DNA of 25,552 nt from Calditrichia bacterium. GTDB lineage: Bacteria > Calditrichota > Calditrichia > RBG-13-44-9. Positions 1-9,952 of this stretch are shown here, piece by piece. Under the pieces are notes generated by a model. It saw only the letters and a program-made list of their open reading frames with translations, searched no databases and was not told the DNA's origin. Each line of letters starts with the position of its first letter. Position 1 is the first letter of the stretch. The stretch lies in NCBI GenBank assembly GCA_037381445.1, contig JARRQT010000028.1:1-25552 (forward strand), given 5' to 3'. The position numbers were made by a program, and so were the translations under genes.

Positions 1-1692
1 ATCGAAGGTAAAAATATTTTTCAGTTTCCACTGGGCCTGGGCGACAATAGCTTTGCAAAAGAGACTCTATTCTATTCCCGCCGGATCGGCAGACAACCCC
101 AGTATGAACCGGACCTCAGCGATGACGCCTGGATTCGTACGCCGGGGCAGACCTCGATTCTTGGGGCGGTGAAATTGAGCGGTAAAACGGCCAACGGCCT
201 GTCAGTTGGTGTGCTGGATGCCGTCACTGCCGAAGAGAATGCTGACATCAGTTTGTACGGGAACAAAAATCGCGTGGTGGTGGAACCGCTTACCAACTAT
301 TTTGTGGGCCGCTTGCAGAAAGACCTTGATGAAGGAAATACCTCACTGGGCGGAATGATTACTTCCACCAACCGGAATATCAATCATTCCTATTTGAATT
401 TCCTGGACCGGTCGGCCTACACCGGCGGTTTCGATTTCATGCACCAATGGAAAAACAAGAACTATTTTATGAATTTCAAAATGTCCTTCAGCCATATCCG
501 GGGAAATAAAGAGGCGATACTGGATGCCCAGAATTCTTCCGTGAGATATTACCAGAGACCCGATGCCCATTATGTTTCGGTCGATTCAAACCGGACCAGC
601 CTGAGCGGGTACGGGGGCACCTTCAATATCGGCAAACAGGGCGGCGGCCACTGGCAATATATGCTGGGGACCGTCTGGCGCTCTCCGGGATTCGAGTTGA
701 ATGATCTCGGGTATCTGCGGGAAGCCGATAACATGATGCAGTTTCTCTGGGTCGGCTACCGGATCTATAATCCGGTGAGCGTCTTCAGAAATGTCAGTAT
801 CAACCTGAACCAGTGGAACGGATGGGATTACGGGGGCGAGAAACTTTTTGCCGGCGGGAATATTAACGGCGGGGCACAGTTTCTGAACTATTGGGGATTT
901 TATCTCGGCATCGACCGGGACGGTCCTTCCCTTTCCCATGCTGATTTGCGCGGCGGCCCTTCCCTTCGTAATGAAGCATCATGGAATAATTGGTACAGCG
1001 TTTACAGCGACTCCCGCAAGAAATGGCAATTCTCCCTGGATGGCAACAATAGCTGGAGAGATGATAGAATTTCCGGCAGTCATTCATTGAATCTGAATCT
1101 GGCGGTGAAACCAGCAAATAATCTGACGTTCTCCTTTGGTCCCTTCTATCAATGGGGGATAGATAATCTGCAATATGTGGATACTCCCGATAAGGCCGGA
1201 CCGGCGCGTTACATCATGGCAAAAATGGACCAGAAAACGCTGGGAATGGTATTCCGCCTGAATTACAGCATCACGCCCAACCTGACGATTCAGTATTACG
1301 GACAGCCATTCGTATCGGCGGGCCGGTACAGCCAATTTAAACGAATCACCCATCCCCGGGCCACAAAATATGATCAGCGATTCCGAAACTTCGATGAGAA
1401 TCAGATTTCCTACGATGCTGCCGATGAGGTTTACCGGGTGGATGAAAACCGGGATGGAATTTCGGACTATTCATTTGATCTTCCCGATTTTAATTTTAAG
1501 CAGTTCCAGTCCAATCTGGTTATTCGCTGGGAATACAATCCCGGTTCGCAGCTCTACCTGGTTTGGTCCCAGGGGCGCACCATCTCCGATGCATTCGGAC
1601 GGTTCTCCGTAAAACGTGATTTTCGGGACATGTTCAGTTATGCCCCGGACAATATTTTTCTGTTGAAATTTAACCATTGGTTCAGTTTTTAA
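1..1692 (+). CDS. DUF5916-family outer-membrane beta-barrel protein, 5'-truncated by the window edge
   Basis: Frame is open from base 1 (IEGKNIFQF...LFYSRRIG...TSILGAVKLSGK), upstream of the 169 start in the ORF track. It has the LFYSRRIG, PGFELNDLGY and NLVIRWEYNPGS..YLVW motifs typical of DUF5916, and a C-terminal Phe (HWFSF) outer-membrane signature. Confidence 0.85.
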   Translation: MEGKNIFQFPLGLGDNSFAKETLFYSRRIGRQPQYEPDLSDDAWIRTPGQTSILGAVKLSGKTANGLSVGVLDAVTAEENADISLYGNKNRVVVEPLTNYFVGRLQKDLDEGNTSLGGMITSTNRNINHSYLNFLDRSAYTGGFDFMHQWKNKNYFMNFKMSFSHIRGNKEAILDAQNSSVRYYQRPDAHYVSVDSNRTSLSGYGGTFNIGKQGGGHWQYMLGTVWRSPGFELNDLGYLREADNMMQFLWVGYRIYNPVSVFRNVSINLNQWNGWDYGGEKLFAGGNINGGAQFLNYWGFYLGIDRDGPSLSHADLRGGPSLRNEASWNNWYSVYSDSRKKWQFSLDGNNSWRDDRISGSHSLNLNLAVKPANNLTFSFGPFYQWGIDNLQYVDTPDKAGPARYIMAKMDQKTLGMVFRLNYSITPNLTIQYYGQPFVSAGRYSQFKRITHPRATKYDQRFRNFDENQISYDAADEVYRVDENRDGISDYSFDLPDFNFKQFQSNLVIRWEYNPGSQLYLVWSQGRTISDAFGRFSVKRDFRDMFSYAPDNIFLLKFNHWFSF

Positions 1693-1718
1693 ATGAGGGG
1701 AACCAATGTTTGGGAGAG

Positions 1719-1750
1719 AAAGGCGGTTCGGGAGAGCTGCCTTTTTTTAT
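1719..1750 (+). terminator. Intrinsic terminator after the DUF5916 gene
   Basis: AAAGGCGGTTC-GGGA-GAGCTGCCTTT stem-loop running into a T tract, about 27 nt after the stop codon. Confidence 0.8.
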
Positions 1751-1861
1751 TACGGAGATGTTGGAGATAAACGAGCCTGCAATTAAATCAGTCTCACACT
1801 ATTCCGAAATAACAGAAATTTCCAGTGCCTTTTGTGCCAATTGTCTGCAATTACCGAAAAG

Positions 1862-3040
1862 CTAAAAAGAGTAATCTTTATACAATTCCCGGGGTACCGC
1901 TTTGCAGGGATTCCCCCTGTAGAGCCGGAACAGTCCCTTTCCCAGGTCAAAAAATGCCGTCGCCAGCGTCTGGCCTGTTATTTTTCCCCGGGGATGACGG
2001 CAGGGCGAATAGGGCGCCTGCTCGTGCGAACTCAAAATACTCAGGAGATTTTCGGGAGACAGATCTTCTTCCGGTTTTATCTTTTTCAGGTTCTGTTCGA
2101 TCACCGAATATCGCGACATGGAAGAACTGTTTTTATATACCGAATCCTCGTGGGCATATTTCGCAGTCTGGTCATGAAGCAGATGATTGGTGTGGACATA
2201 AATACCCGCGGGCGAGATAGATTGTGCCAGGCCCGGAACGGTCTCCACTGACAGATATCTGCCTTCTTCAAAACTTGCCAGGTTGTGGTGGTAGGGATAG
2301 GCGCGCGGCGTGAGGGTGGCAATCTGCTCGGCTTCCTCCAAATCGGCGGCTTCCAGAATGGCGCGTCCCAGCACGTAGCGGGGGATTCCCGGCTCCGATC
2401 TCAGACCGCCGATATAATTGGTAGTCTGAACGATACCGCGGCTGTTCAGGGACGGGCCGTTTCCGGTCAGGATTCCGGGGTAGACCAGCGAGATGAAATT
2501 TACCCCGGACGGCGGGTAGACCTTAACCATAAACATGATATCCAGATAGGTAACATCGCCGTCTTCATTGTGGAACAGCCATTTCTTCTCGCCGGAATTG
2601 GAAAAAATCGTTGAGCAGCCCGGCGTCTCATTTTCCAGTGCTCCCAGCTCGGATTTCACCGTCATGGCCCATATTGCCTTGAAATGCATGCCTGCGCCAT
2701 CGGCCATTCCTTCTATCTCTTCCAGCAGATGTGGAAAATGCCGGCGGGCGGCATCTTTCAGTACCTCAGACCGCGCTTTCCCTTCCGGAGTGTCCAGAAT
2801 GGACAGCAAATTGTTGTGCCAGCTTTTTCGCCGCTGAATGATGGTTTCAATGTTTTTCCGGAAATATCTCCCGATTTGGTAGCCGATTTTTCGGTAATTG
2901 CCCTTTAGTTCCAGCAGGCCGTATCGCGAGGCGTCGCCGTAAACAAAACGGATTTGGCCAATCGGCCTCGCCTCTATGAATTCCCGGAAGATGATGGGTG
3001 AAAACAGGGAGATTTTAAGAAAATTACGTCTTTTCATCAT
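1862..3040 (-). CDS. Peptidase C45 family Ntn-hydrolase (acyl-CoA:6-APA acyltransferase-like) with a twin-arginine motif
   Basis: Motifs EEIEGMADGAG, the G-C-S-T autoprocessing site, HNEDG and HTNH. N-terminus is KRRNFLK. RBS GGGAGG precedes the start. Confidence 0.85.
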   Translation of the reverse strand: MMKRRNFLKISLFSPIIFREFIEARPIGQIRFVYGDASRYGLLELKGNYRKIGYQIGRYFRKNIETIIQRRKSWHNNLLSILDTPEGKARSEVLKDAARRHFPHLLEEIEGMADGAGMHFKAIWAMTVKSELGALENETPGCSTIFSNSGEKKWLFHNEDGDVTYLDIMFMVKVYPPSGVNFISLVYPGILTGNGPSLNSRGIVQTTNYIGGLRSEPGIPRYVLGRAILEAADLEEAEQIATLTPRAYPYHHNLASFEEGRYLSVETVPGLAQSISPAGIYVHTNHLLHDQTAKYAHEDSVYKNSSSMSRYSVIEQNLKKIKPEEDLSPENLLSILSSHEQAPYSPCRHPRGKITGQTLATAFFDLGKGLFRLYRGNPCKAVPRELYKDYSF

Positions 3041-3152
3041 GCCTCCCGATTTGTTTTAAGATTGTGGTATAAAACAATGACGTTGAGAACATGTGCATCG
3101 AGTCGGATGTTCAAAAAACAGAGATAGGAGGACTATCAAGAATAGTTCTGTA

Positions 3153-5519
3153 TCAGGAAGTCTGTTCAGGTTGAGGAACTGAGAGCTGCTCTGTGGCAGG
3201 CGCATTCTGCATTTTCTGCTTGAGGTTTTCGATGGAGAGCAGTATCGTTTCATTGGTAGCCGGGATAGAAAATTCCGGTTCGAACCGGTGATTTCCCACT
3301 GCCGAAATGGCATCCTTTATTGCCAGCCAGGCGGAAAGCGCCAGCATAAACGGCGGTTCACCAACCGCTTTGCTTCTCTTAATTGTATTTGGATTTGGAT
3401 ATCCTTCCAGCAGATTGACGATGAAATTTTCCGGAATATCTTTGACTGTCGGGATTTTATAGGTGTCCGGCGAATGGGAAAGCAGGTGCCCTTCACTGTC
3501 CCATTTAATCTCCTCGGTGGTGCACCACCCCAAACCCTGCACATAACCGCCAATAATCTGGCCCAGGTCAATATTGGGATTCAGCGACTCACCAACATCA
3601 TGCAGGATATCGGTGCGCAAAATCTTCGTGAAACCGGTGAGAACATCCACCAGCACCTCGCTGACCGCCATGCCGAAGGCATAATAATGAAAGGGATGTC
3701 CCTGGCCTTTCTCGCGGTCGAATCCGATGTGCGGGGTGCGGTAGTAGCCTGTTGCGCTCAGGCTGATTTGATTCAGATAACAGATGGATATCGCGTCGCT
3801 GAAACCGATTTTTCTCTCCGGATTTTTGCTGTCGAATATCTCGTCATCGCGGAAAGTAATGTCATCCGCGCGGGAAGGTGCCGGACCCTTTGCTTCCTTA
3901 TTGAAATGTTCGCAGACCGCTTCCGCTATGCGACGCTTCAGTTTCCCGACAGCATTTTTCACTGCCATGCCGTTTAAATCCGATCCGGAAGAAGCGGCGG
4001 TGGCGGAAGTGTTGGGTACCTTGGAGGTATCCGTCGCATTGATTTTGATCCTTTCCGCTGACACGCCCAATTCCGAGGCGGCCACATGCAGAATTTTGGT
4101 ATTTAAACCCTGCCCCATCTCTATCCCGCCGTGATTGACCAGTACTGTTCCGTCCTTATAAATATTGATCAGCGCCCCGGCCTGGTTGAGGAAAGCGGTG
4201 GTAAAGGAAATGCCGAATTTTACGGGCGTGATGGCCAGTCCCTTTTTGTAGAATTCGTTTTCCGAATTATAATCGTTTACGGCCCTGCGGCGCTCAAAAT
4301 ATTCTGACGACTTGACCAGTTTTTCATACAACAGAAAAAGACGGTTGTTTTCAACGGTTTGGCCGTAGTGGGTGATGTTGTTCTTTTCCAGGCCATAAAA
4401 ATTTTTAAGGCGGATCTCAGCCGGGTCTTTTCCCAGATAACGTGAAATCCGATCGATGACGGTCTCGATGCCGGCCATGCCCTGTGGGCCGCCAAATCCC
4501 CGGAAAGCCGTATTGGGAGGATAATTGGTTTTCCAGGCCCGTCCCCTCACTCGCGTGTGGGGAATAAAATAAGAGTTGTCCGCATGCAGCATTGACCGCT
4601 CCAGAATGGCATAGGAAAGATCGTTGGCGGCCCCGCCGTCGCTGTTCAATTCGATATCCGCGGCAAGTATTTCGCCTTCATCATTAAAACCGACCGCATA
4701 GCGGATAAGGAACGGATGACGCTTGCCGGTCATCATCTGATCATCATCCCGGTTTAAGCGGATTTTTACGGGACGGTGGGCGGCATTGCTGAGCAGGGCC
4801 GCCCAGCAGGCTTCATGGTTGGCCTGGGTCTCTTTCCCGCCAAAAGCGCCGCCCAGACGCCGCACTTCCACCACCACTTCATGTGACCCGATGCCGAGAA
4901 CTTCTGCCACCAGCGTCTGGGTTTCCGAAGGATGCTGGGTGGAGCTGTAGACGAACATTTCCCTGTTTTCGCCGGGAATGCACAGACAGGATTGGGTTTC
5001 AAGATACCAGTGCTCCTGGGCGCCGGTGTGCAGTTCGCCCTGAATTTGGTGCGGTGCGGATTTCAATTGGGAATCTACGCTGCCCCGTTCAATTTTACGC
5101 CAGGGACCCAGGGCGCTGTCTTTGTCGATGGCGGTTTTCAGATCAAGAATTGGCAGTAGCGGTTCAAAATCGATTTTAATCAATTTTTCTGCCTCCCGGC
5201 AGATTTCTTCGTTCTCGGCGGCGATCAGGAAGATGGCCTGCCCTGCAAAATTGACTTCCCTTTCTGCCAGGCATGGCTCATCTTTTATCACCGGACCCAT
5301 TTGATTTTCACCCGGAATATCAGCGCCGGATAGCACGGCATGCACGCCCGGCAGAAGGCGGGCCGCGCTCAGGTCAAAGGATTTTATCCGGGCATGGGCA
5401 AAGGGACTGGTGACTATCCGTCCAGTTAAGAGCTGATTGTTGACCGGGATATCGTCCACGTATACCGATGCCCCGGTAACATGTTTTTGGGCACTTTCAT
5501 GATGGGTTGAATTTTCCAT
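3153..5519 (-). CDS. xdhB: Xanthine dehydrogenase molybdopterin-binding subunit
   Basis: Motifs HESA.KHVTG...YVDD, QEHWYLE, RRLGGAFGGKETQ, TAFRGFGGPQG, HGGIEMGQGL, TAASSGSDLNG and SKAVGEPP (catalytic Glu). Start placed at MENSTHHESA (5519); an alternative ATG lies at 5597. Confidence 0.95.
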   Translation of the reverse strand: MENSTHHESAQKHVTGASVYVDDIPVNNQLLTGRIVTSPFAHARIKSFDLSAARLLPGVHAVLSGADIPGENQMGPVIKDEPCLAEREVNFAGQAIFLIAAENEEICREAEKLIKIDFEPLLPILDLKTAIDKDSALGPWRKIERGSVDSQLKSAPHQIQGELHTGAQEHWYLETQSCLCIPGENREMFVYSSTQHPSETQTLVAEVLGIGSHEVVVEVRRLGGAFGGKETQANHEACWAALLSNAAHRPVKIRLNRDDDQMMTGKRHPFLIRYAVGFNDEGEILAADIELNSDGGAANDLSYAILERSMLHADNSYFIPHTRVRGRAWKTNYPPNTAFRGFGGPQGMAGIETVIDRISRYLGKDPAEIRLKNFYGLEKNNITHYGQTVENNRLFLLYEKLVKSSEYFERRRAVNDYNSENEFYKKGLAITPVKFGISFTTAFLNQAGALINIYKDGTVLVNHGGIEMGQGLNTKILHVAASELGVSAERIKINATDTSKVPNTSATAASSGSDLNGMAVKNAVGKLKRRIAEAVCEHFNKEAKGPAPSRADDITFRDDEIFDSKNPERKIGFSDAISICYLNQISLSATGYYRTPHIGFDREKGQGHPFHYYAFGMAVSEVLVDVLTGFTKILRTDILHDVGESLNPNIDLGQIIGGYVQGLGWCTTEEIKWDSEGHLLSHSPDTYKIPTVKDIPENFIVNLLEGYPNPNTIKRSKAVGEPPFMLALSAWLAIKDAISAVGNHRFEPEFSIPATNETILLSIENLKQKMQNAPATEQLSVPQPEQTS

Positions 5520-5608
5520 GCGTATCGCTTCTTTTATTTTCTGAATAATGCTGTTTTTATTGAGAATGATGACTTCATAGTAGTTAACTTTCCGCATCTG
5601 AATTTGAA

Positions 5609-7045
5609 TCAGGTACTGGTCTCGCTCCAGAATTTCAGCAGGAGGTTGCGGGAGGCTATCCGCCGGAAATCCGCACTGCCCCGCACATCGGAAATTGGTG
5701 TGAACTCCCGCCTCAAAATTTCCATGGACTGCTCCACCGTTTCTCGCGACCATTTCTTTCCCAGCAAAAATCCCTCTGTTTTATCGGCCCGCCTGACCCT
5801 GTCAGCCATCCCGCCGAAGACCAGCCGAATATCTGAGACTCTATTCCCGTTGTTCAATTCCAGACGAAAGCCCGCGCTCACCGTAGAGATATCCAGGTCC
5901 TTCCGCTTCGAAATTTTATATGATTTGAAGATGGTCCCGTTTGCCGGTCTGGGAATGATGATTTTTGTGATGAGCTCATCCGGTTGCCGTACGGTTTGCC
6001 GGTATCCCCTGAAATAATCATCCAGTGATACTTCCCTTTGACCGCTTTCATTTTCCAGCATGAGACGGGCACAGTAGGCCATCAGAACCGGCAGCGAATC
6101 GCCGATGGGAGAGGCAGTCCCCAGATTCCCTCCCAGCGTGGCAAGATTTCGGACCTGTCTGGAGCCGTATACCGTGAACATGCCGTAAAGCGCCGGGAAG
6201 GATTCACGAACCGTCGGAAGAAGATCCGACAGATTAACGCCGGCACCGACAATGAGTTCATCCCTTGTGTCGGCGATGTCCTGCAATTCGTCAATTCCGG
6301 ACAGATCGATTATTTCTTTTATCAGCTCAAATTTTTTGGTTACCCGCAGCGCAACATCCGTTGCCCCTGAGATCACCTCGGCATCGGGACAGGTATTCCT
6401 GAGTTTTAATGCTTGCCGAAGCGTTGCAGGACGATAATAATCCTGTCTTGCGGTACGGATATGAATTGATTCCCGTGATATTCCTTTCAGCAGTTTGCGT
6501 GTCTCCTTTTCCTGCAGGGAGAAGATATCCATCTCGCGGTGAGCCAGGGCCTCGGCGGCGGCTTCCGCAATTGGTTTATATCCGGTGCAGCGGCACAGAT
6601 TCCCGGTCAGGGCATCCTTGATATCCTCCGGACCAGGGTCGGAATTATTCTTGTACAGCGCGAAAATAGACATTGCCATGCCCGGGGTGCAGAAACCGCA
6701 TTGGGTGCCGTCTTTTTCAACCAGGCCAGTCTGAACAGGATGCAGTGCCCCGTCGGAAGACTTCAGATTCTCAACCGTGATCAACTGCCTGCCGTGCAGC
6801 ATGGGCAGAAAGATAAGGCAGGAATTGACCGCCTTATATGAGATATTCCCGTTTTTGCCTGGTTCGGCCAGAACGACTGTACAGGCCCCGCAGTCGCCCT
6901 CCGCACAGCCCTCTTTCACCCCTTTATGATTGGGCAAACTTCTTAAATAATTCAGAACGGTGGTCGTGGGTCTCAGTTGTATTTCTTTCTGAAAATCGAT
7001 GGTTTTGATCTGTCCATCCAGGATAAATGATATTGTTTTCTGCAT
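5609..7045 (-). CDS. xdhA: Xanthine dehydrogenase small subunit (two [2Fe-2S] clusters plus FAD domain)
   Basis: Fe-S motifs KEGCAEGDCGACT, NSC, QCGFCTPG and GNLCRCTGY. FAD-domain motifs SGATDV, QVRNLATLGGN and YKISKR.DLDIS. Confidence 0.95.
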   Translation of the reverse strand: MQKTISFILDGQIKTIDFQKEIQLRPTTTVLNYLRSLPNHKGVKEGCAEGDCGACTVVLAEPGKNGNISYKAVNSCLIFLPMLHGRQLITVENLKSSDGALHPVQTGLVEKDGTQCGFCTPGMAMSIFALYKNNSDPGPEDIKDALTGNLCRCTGYKPIAEAAAEALAHREMDIFSLQEKETRKLLKGISRESIHIRTARQDYYRPATLRQALKLRNTCPDAEVISGATDVALRVTKKFELIKEIIDLSGIDELQDIADTRDELIVGAGVNLSDLLPTVRESFPALYGMFTVYGSRQVRNLATLGGNLGTASPIGDSLPVLMAYCARLMLENESGQREVSLDDYFRGYRQTVRQPDELITKIIIPRPANGTIFKSYKISKRKDLDISTVSAGFRLELNNGNRVSDIRLVFGGMADRVRRADKTEGFLLGKKWSRETVEQSMEILRREFTPISDVRGSADFRRIASRNLLLKFWSETST

Positions 7046-7102
7046 AAGCGATCCTGCTGATTGTCATTTATTATTTTTTCGCGGCAACTGCCTGACAGCC
7101 GG

Positions 7103-7939
7103 CTACCCCTTTGTGATCTCATCCCGCATGTGAGGAGCTTTTTTCCCAAAACGCACTGCCTGAATTTCAGAAACAATGCTGAGGGCAATTTCATATTCGG
7201 TGTTTCCGCCAATGGCCAATCCAACCGGGGTATATAGATTCGAAAGGTTCAGATCGGTCCCCAGGTCCTTTTCCAGATTCTTAATAAGTCCGGCCGATTT
7301 GGAGCGCGAAGCGATAACCCCGATATATTTTAAAGGCAGTTTCCGTTCATATAGCGCTTTCAGGATATGATAATCAAAGGCGTGTCCCTGGGTCATGATG
7401 ACCACGTAGGCATCCTTTGGGGGATTAAATTCCGCGGCGTAATGAACATAGTCATCCAGTATTCTTTCCTTGGCGTAGGGATTGGCATGCTCATCGGCGA
7501 ATTCCTTTCGGTTGTCTACCAGGATGATGTAATATCCCAGATTGGATAACAGATTGGACAGTGCGTGACCAACATGCCCGCCGCCGAAAATATAAACTGG
7601 CGGATTGGTCTTGTTCACTTCATAATATATCCAGACTTTCCCGTTGCACATCATTGGGACAACTTCCGCCTCACCTGCCTGCTTTTTACCCGCATCCTTC
7701 TCCTGCAGAATATACTCCTGTAACCCCGATTCGCCGTTTTGCAATCGCGCAAGAGATTCGGAAACAACCCGCTGTTCCAACTCGCCGCCGCCCACCGTGC
7801 CGGCAGTGTTTTTATTTTCCCCGATCAGCATTTTGAATCCCACTTTTCCCGGAACCGAGCCGGCTGTTTTAACCACCGTGGCAAGCACAAATGCCTGATT
7901 GCTCTTCTCAAGGGCCGCCATTTTTTCCAACAGGTTCAT
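7103..7939 (-). CDS. xdhC: XdhC/CoxI Moco-insertion chaperone
   Basis: Motifs GSVPGKVG.KM, GTVGGGELE, CNG, IFGGGHVG, MTQGH.FD, YIGVIASR and TPVGLAIGG...EIALSI. Lies next to xdhA. Confidence 0.93.
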   Translation of the reverse strand: MNLLEKMAALEKSNQAFVLATVVKTAGSVPGKVGFKMLIGENKNTAGTVGGGELEQRVVSESLARLQNGESGLQEYILQEKDAGKKQAGEAEVVPMMCNGKVWIYYEVNKTNPPVYIFGGGHVGHALSNLLSNLGYYIILVDNRKEFADEHANPYAKERILDDYVHYAAEFNPPKDAYVVIMTQGHAFDYHILKALYERKLPLKYIGVIASRSKSAGLIKNLEKDLGTDLNLSNLYTPVGLAIGGNTEYEIALSIVSEIQAVRFGKKAPHMRDEITKG

Positions 7940-7954
7940 ACCTTATCCTCCCTC

Positions 7955-8593
7955 TTAAAATCTTAAATCCGATTCCGTATCAAAATCCTGGAGGATTTCA
8001 GGATACGGGCAATTCCAGAATTTCTTTTTCAGGTCTTCCCGCCCGGACACCATTTTCAGGGATGCTGATGAATCGGCCTCTCTGATGGCTGCCAGGATCG
8101 ACCCGCTCATCAGGATGGGATGTCCCTTCTTCTCCTCGTATTTCGGCTGAATCCAGTCGGCAGCCGGAGCGATTTGCTCCGCGAACTGTGAATAAAATTG
8201 TACCGGAATATGCGGCTGATCGACAAAATGATAGAGGATCCATTCCGACCGGCTCATGGCATTCACGCCTTTTTGAAGGGAATTAAACATACCCCGGGCA
8301 TAATCGGGATTGAAAACAAACTCTAATTGATGGGGCAAATTATTCCAGGTCTCACGGGAAATCCTGAATTCAGTGAACCACTTGTCATCGGGGATTCTGC
8401 CCAGCCAGCGGCCGACTTCCTCCCTTACATCCTCAGCGCGAAAACCGGTTACAATAAAAATATTTGAACATACCCCGGACAGTTTTAAAATGATGGAGAA
8501 CAGGAAGGGAATTCCCTCATAATTCCTGAGAGGCTTGAATTGATTCATCCGGCTGGAGAAACCGGCGCTGACGATAAGTCCGTCTGGCTTCAT
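7955..8593 (-). CDS. mocA: MocA/YgfJ/PucB-like molybdenum cofactor nucleotidyltransferase
   Basis: Motifs SAGFSSRM..FK.L, NPDY..GM..SL..G, DQP, GHP and DFDT. Its start overlaps the upstream stop (ATGA). Confidence 0.8.
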   Translation of the reverse strand: MKPDGLIVSAGFSSRMNQFKPLRNYEGIPFLFSIILKLSGVCSNIFIVTGFRAEDVREEVGRWLGRIPDDKWFTEFRISRETWNNLPHQLEFVFNPDYARGMFNSLQKGVNAMSRSEWILYHFVDQPHIPVQFYSQFAEQIAPAADWIQPKYEEKKGHPILMSGSILAAIREADSSASLKMVSGREDLKKKFWNCPYPEILQDFDTESDLRF

Positions 8594-9879
8594 AGGGAAA
8601 TTTTCTCCTTCAATTGCTGCCGCCAGTAATTTTCGTCCATGGGCTGTGGAATCCGGTGCAGTCTTTTCAGGGAATCGGAATCTTTCAATCCGCTCCCGGT
8701 GATGAGAAGCATAGCAGTTTTGTTTTTGGAAATTATCTGTTCCGAGGATGCTTTCAGGTAGCCGGCAAAACCTGCGGCTGCGGCCGGTTCGGCCAGGATT
8801 CCGGTTTGCCGGGCGAGAGTGCGTTGGGCCTCGACGATTTCGGAATCTTCAACCCTCAGGGCAAAGCCGTTGCTTTCCTGCACTGCAGAGGCGGCATGAT
8901 ATAGATTCCGGGGCGCTCCCGCTGAAATGCTGTCGGCCAGCGTATTGGCAGGGCGGTAGGTAAATTCGGATTTTTCCATATAGCGCACCAGCGCATCGCT
9001 TCCGCTCGATTGAACAGCAACCAGCCGGGGGAGCGATTCAATGACGCCAAGCTGCTGCAGTTCACGGAATCCCTTAAAAATTCCGCCAATGATTACTCCG
9101 TCGCCCACCGGAACAAAGATATAGTCCGGTATTTTCCCTTTCGCTTCGATGAAGATATCGTAAGCTGCGGACTTTTTCCCTTCGATGGTCAGAGGATTCA
9201 GTGCCGTGTTGCGGTTATACCAACCCATTTTTTCGGAAAATTCCAGGCAGAGATCGAAGGCCAGATCATAATCTCCTTTGACTAGATGTATCTTCGCGCC
9301 ATAGGCCAGGGACTGCATCAGTTTGGCCTCCGGGATTGACTCGGGGAGGAAGAGGCGGGCTGTTAGTCCCAAGCGCGTGCAAATGCCCGCCAGACTGGAG
9401 CCGGCATTTCCGGTTGAGGCTGCCGCAATTTCATTGATGCCCAATTGACGGGATTTTAGCGCCACCAGAATCGATGCCCGGTCCTTGTAAGAGAAGGTCG
9501 GATTGTTGGTATCATCCATCAGCATAAGGCTGCTTCCGTTCCAATTGAACGGGTGAATTTTATTTGGCGGCAGGGCCACCGACATCAGCTCTTCATTTTG
9601 AATATCCGCAAAGATTCGCCCGTCCTCTTCCGGGTGTTTCCGGAGCGGCCAGAGATCGGGGTACTTCCAGAATTGCCCCGGCGGTTGTTTCAGAAAGAAC
9701 TCGCGGGTGTAGCGTTTTGCAATTTGCTGATAATCATACTGAATGAGCAGAATGCCCTGCAGCGGCATATTTTTGGAAGCTTTTCCGCATTCAGGGCACA
9801 GATAATGAAAATTATCTTCGATTTCGGAAGATGAAAACTCGGATTGACAATGAAAACATTTGTAAAAATAAGGCTGCAT
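8590..9879 (-). CDS. Threonine-synthase-like PLP enzyme (fold type II) with an N-terminal CxxC...CxxC
   Basis: Motifs NPTFSYKDR (PLP lysine), ASTGNAG, PVGDG, TLADSIS, EPAAAAG and ITGSGLKD. Start placed at MQPYFYKC (9879); the ORF track extends it to a GTG at 9930. Confidence 0.85.
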   Translation of the reverse strand: MQPYFYKCFHCQSEFSSSEIEDNFHYLCPECGKASKNMPLQGILLIQYDYQQIAKRYTREFFLKQPPGQFWKYPDLWPLRKHPEEDGRIFADIQNEELMSVALPPNKIHPFNWNGSSLMLMDDTNNPTFSYKDRASILVALKSRQLGINEIAAASTGNAGSSLAGICTRLGLTARLFLPESIPEAKLMQSLAYGAKIHLVKGDYDLAFDLCLEFSEKMGWYNRNTALNPLTIEGKKSAAYDIFIEAKGKIPDYIFVPVGDGVIIGGIFKGFRELQQLGVIESLPRLVAVQSSGSDALVRYMEKSEFTYRPANTLADSISAGAPRNLYHAASAVQESNGFALRVEDSEIVEAQRTLARQTGILAEPAAAAGFAGYLKASSEQIISKNKTAMLLITGSGLKDSDSLKRLHRIPQPMDENYWRQQLKEKISL

Positions 9880-9952
9880 TTTTTTCCCCGGATGAAGGAG
9901 AATATTCTGGTATTGGTTCTTTTCTACCACTTTTTTCGCTAAAAGTTAATTT

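Noticed and set aside
5520..5753. N-terminal extension of xdhB in the ORF track (866 aa)
   Set aside because: It overlaps the end of xdhA by about 145 nt, and family similarity begins at HESA.KHV.
3153..8592. Selenocysteine read-through at the TGA stops of xdhB, xdhA and the PLP enzyme
   Set aside because: Each TGA falls at the expected family C-terminus rather than at a catalytic Cys position, and I saw no SECIS-like hairpin.
9880..9950. Purine or Moco riboswitch ahead of the xdh operon
   Set aside because: The leader is only about 65 nt and lacks a three-way-junction pattern. The TTTCTACC look-alike is on the wrong strand.
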